Shown here: piece by piece, positions 62,638 to 64,000 of the stretch
How the letters are laid out: each line of letters opens with the position of its first letter
Position numbering within the stretch: position 1 is the stretch's first letter
NCBI GenBank assembly: GCA_965112155.1
Contig: OZ218110.1
DNA: 64,000 nucleotides
Source: Podarcis liolepis
Taxonomy: Eukaryota
Strand: one strand, 5' to 3'
Position numbers and translations under genes: made by a program
Notes under the pieces: model-generated
The model's input: the letters and a program-made list of their open reading frames with translations, nothing else
Database searches by the model: none
Told to the model about the DNA's origin: nothing

Positions 62638-63095
62638 TGAGAAATTCCTGGGGTTTCAGGGGCTCAGCCAGGCTTTGTGTTTCCTTTTGAAGTGAGGCAC
62701 AGCAGAGACTGTGGCATTTTTAGGCTATATGGTTTATTTACACATATATACAACCTGAGCCTACGATGGAGGAGTTCACAGCATTAGCACCTGTACAGGG
62801 TCTAGTTTTCCTCATAGCTGTAGCCTTGGATTCAACAAAAATCAAACATTTCTGTTTTAAAATAAAATAAAAGAAAGCTTGCTGCTTTCCAGGTCACATC
62901 ACTGCAGACTCTCAGCTCTAAACCCAGGCTTTGTCCTTCCACCCAAATGATGAAGGGGCTCCAAACATTTCCTCTCCCACATAGAGCCCCCTTTCCTTTG
63001 TTCTCTTAATGACCCATCACCCAGGCAGTCACCTCAACACAGGAAGGTAGCCTGGCTTATATTTTAACACTTGTAGGGGTTAGGAGGATTTCACA
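62638..63095 (-). mobile_element. Ancestral solo-LTR-like element (copy upstream of gene E)
   Basis: TGAGAAATTCC ... GGATTTCACA inverted termini. Paralogue of 24222-24684. Confidence 0.62.
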
Positions 63096-63136
63096 TGCAG
63101 CCTACTTCCCCTTGTCCAAGCCCAAATTCATAACAC

Positions 63137-63228
63137 AATAATATAATATAATATAATATAATATAATATAATATAATATAATATAATATAATATAATATA
63201 ATATAATAATATAATATAATATAATAAT
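63137..63228. repeat. (AATAT)n microsatellite
   Basis: Direct reading. Confidence 0.95.
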
Positions 63229-63619
63229 ATGCCAAAATACACAACAGCAAGGACAAGAAATAGCAGAATATGAGCTGTTTATGTATGGTGAATGATTGTA
63301 TACCATTAGTAAAAGTAACATTTGAAGGTAGCAGATCCCTATATAGAAATTTTATTTCATTAGATGTATTATTATATGACCCCCAAATTCTCCAAGGGGG
63401 ATCCTACTTCTATGAAAAAAGGTGTAAATGTGGAGTTCATTATAGTCTCCTGACCTTCTGCATCAAACATTGAAAGATGTGCTCGACTCCTCTTTCCTTA
63501 TCTAACTCACTTGAGGATTCTCATTCTTCTTAGCTCAAAAGATCTGTCTCTCTTTCTCATTGATAACCTAGTGCTCTTTTCCTATCCATATCGTTCAGTT
63601 CGAGGGTCAACAATCTATT

Positions 63620-64000
63620 GTGCCTAAAGAGTTCTAAACCCAGAAATTCACAACACAGACAATTTCAAAAGGAAACTTTTATTACAGTTGGGTGTGGGGA
63701 AATGAGATTTCAGTCACTATGTTATAATCAATGCAATGCAATACTTTCATGCGTGCATTTTAATTCTAATATTTTAATTCATTCTTACTCCTTAATCTGA
63801 AGAGATAAGAGTTCCTTCAAAGTGCAAAAGAAAGTGACCCGGAACACAGCCTCTACAGAATCGGAGAGTTGCTGGCACTCGATCCGCCCTGTAAACATTT
63901 TTATTTCACAGCCAAAAAAAGGAGATATTGCATCTTCTTCCTCTACCAGCAACTGAGAGCAGGAGGGTTTAATCCTGCTTGGTGCCTCTATCAAATACAC
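63620..64000. repeat. Start of the distal 3' flank of a further tandem unit (implies a sixth V2R to the right)
   Basis: Paralogous to 13980-14200, 25445-25670, 36803-36980 and to 690-845. Confidence 0.75.

Overview
Eukaryotic (vertebrate) genomic DNA, most likely a squamate and probably a lacertid lizard, judging from Sauria-type and Squam3-type SINEs, CR1 and BovB-type LINE fragments. The window holds a head-to-tail tandem array of five apparently intact vomeronasal type-2 receptor genes (V2R, class C GPCR), all on the minus strand and called A-E from left to right. Each has six coding exons (215-221/292/861/228/127/899-902 bp) with canonical GT-AG junctions and encodes about 874-875 aa. The genes sit in duplicated units of about 11 kb, and both window edges contain pieces of further units. 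Because each unit has paralogous copies, empty insertion sites, TSDs and rearrangements can be read directly. Insertions include hAT and Tc1/mariner-type MITEs (two carrying palindromic GC-rich minisatellites), SINEs, a CR1 fragment, solo LTRs, a decayed Ngaro/DIRS-type element and two ORF2-less L1-like retroposons. The most notable observations are a fossil V2R C-terminal tail in the intergenic spacers (a candidate original duplication breakpoint), a solo LTR co-duplicated about 1 kb upstream of each gene, the chimeric structure of gene B, and template-switch scars. I found no convincing evidence of a wholly new gene system. All comparisons were made by eye, without alignment or database searches.
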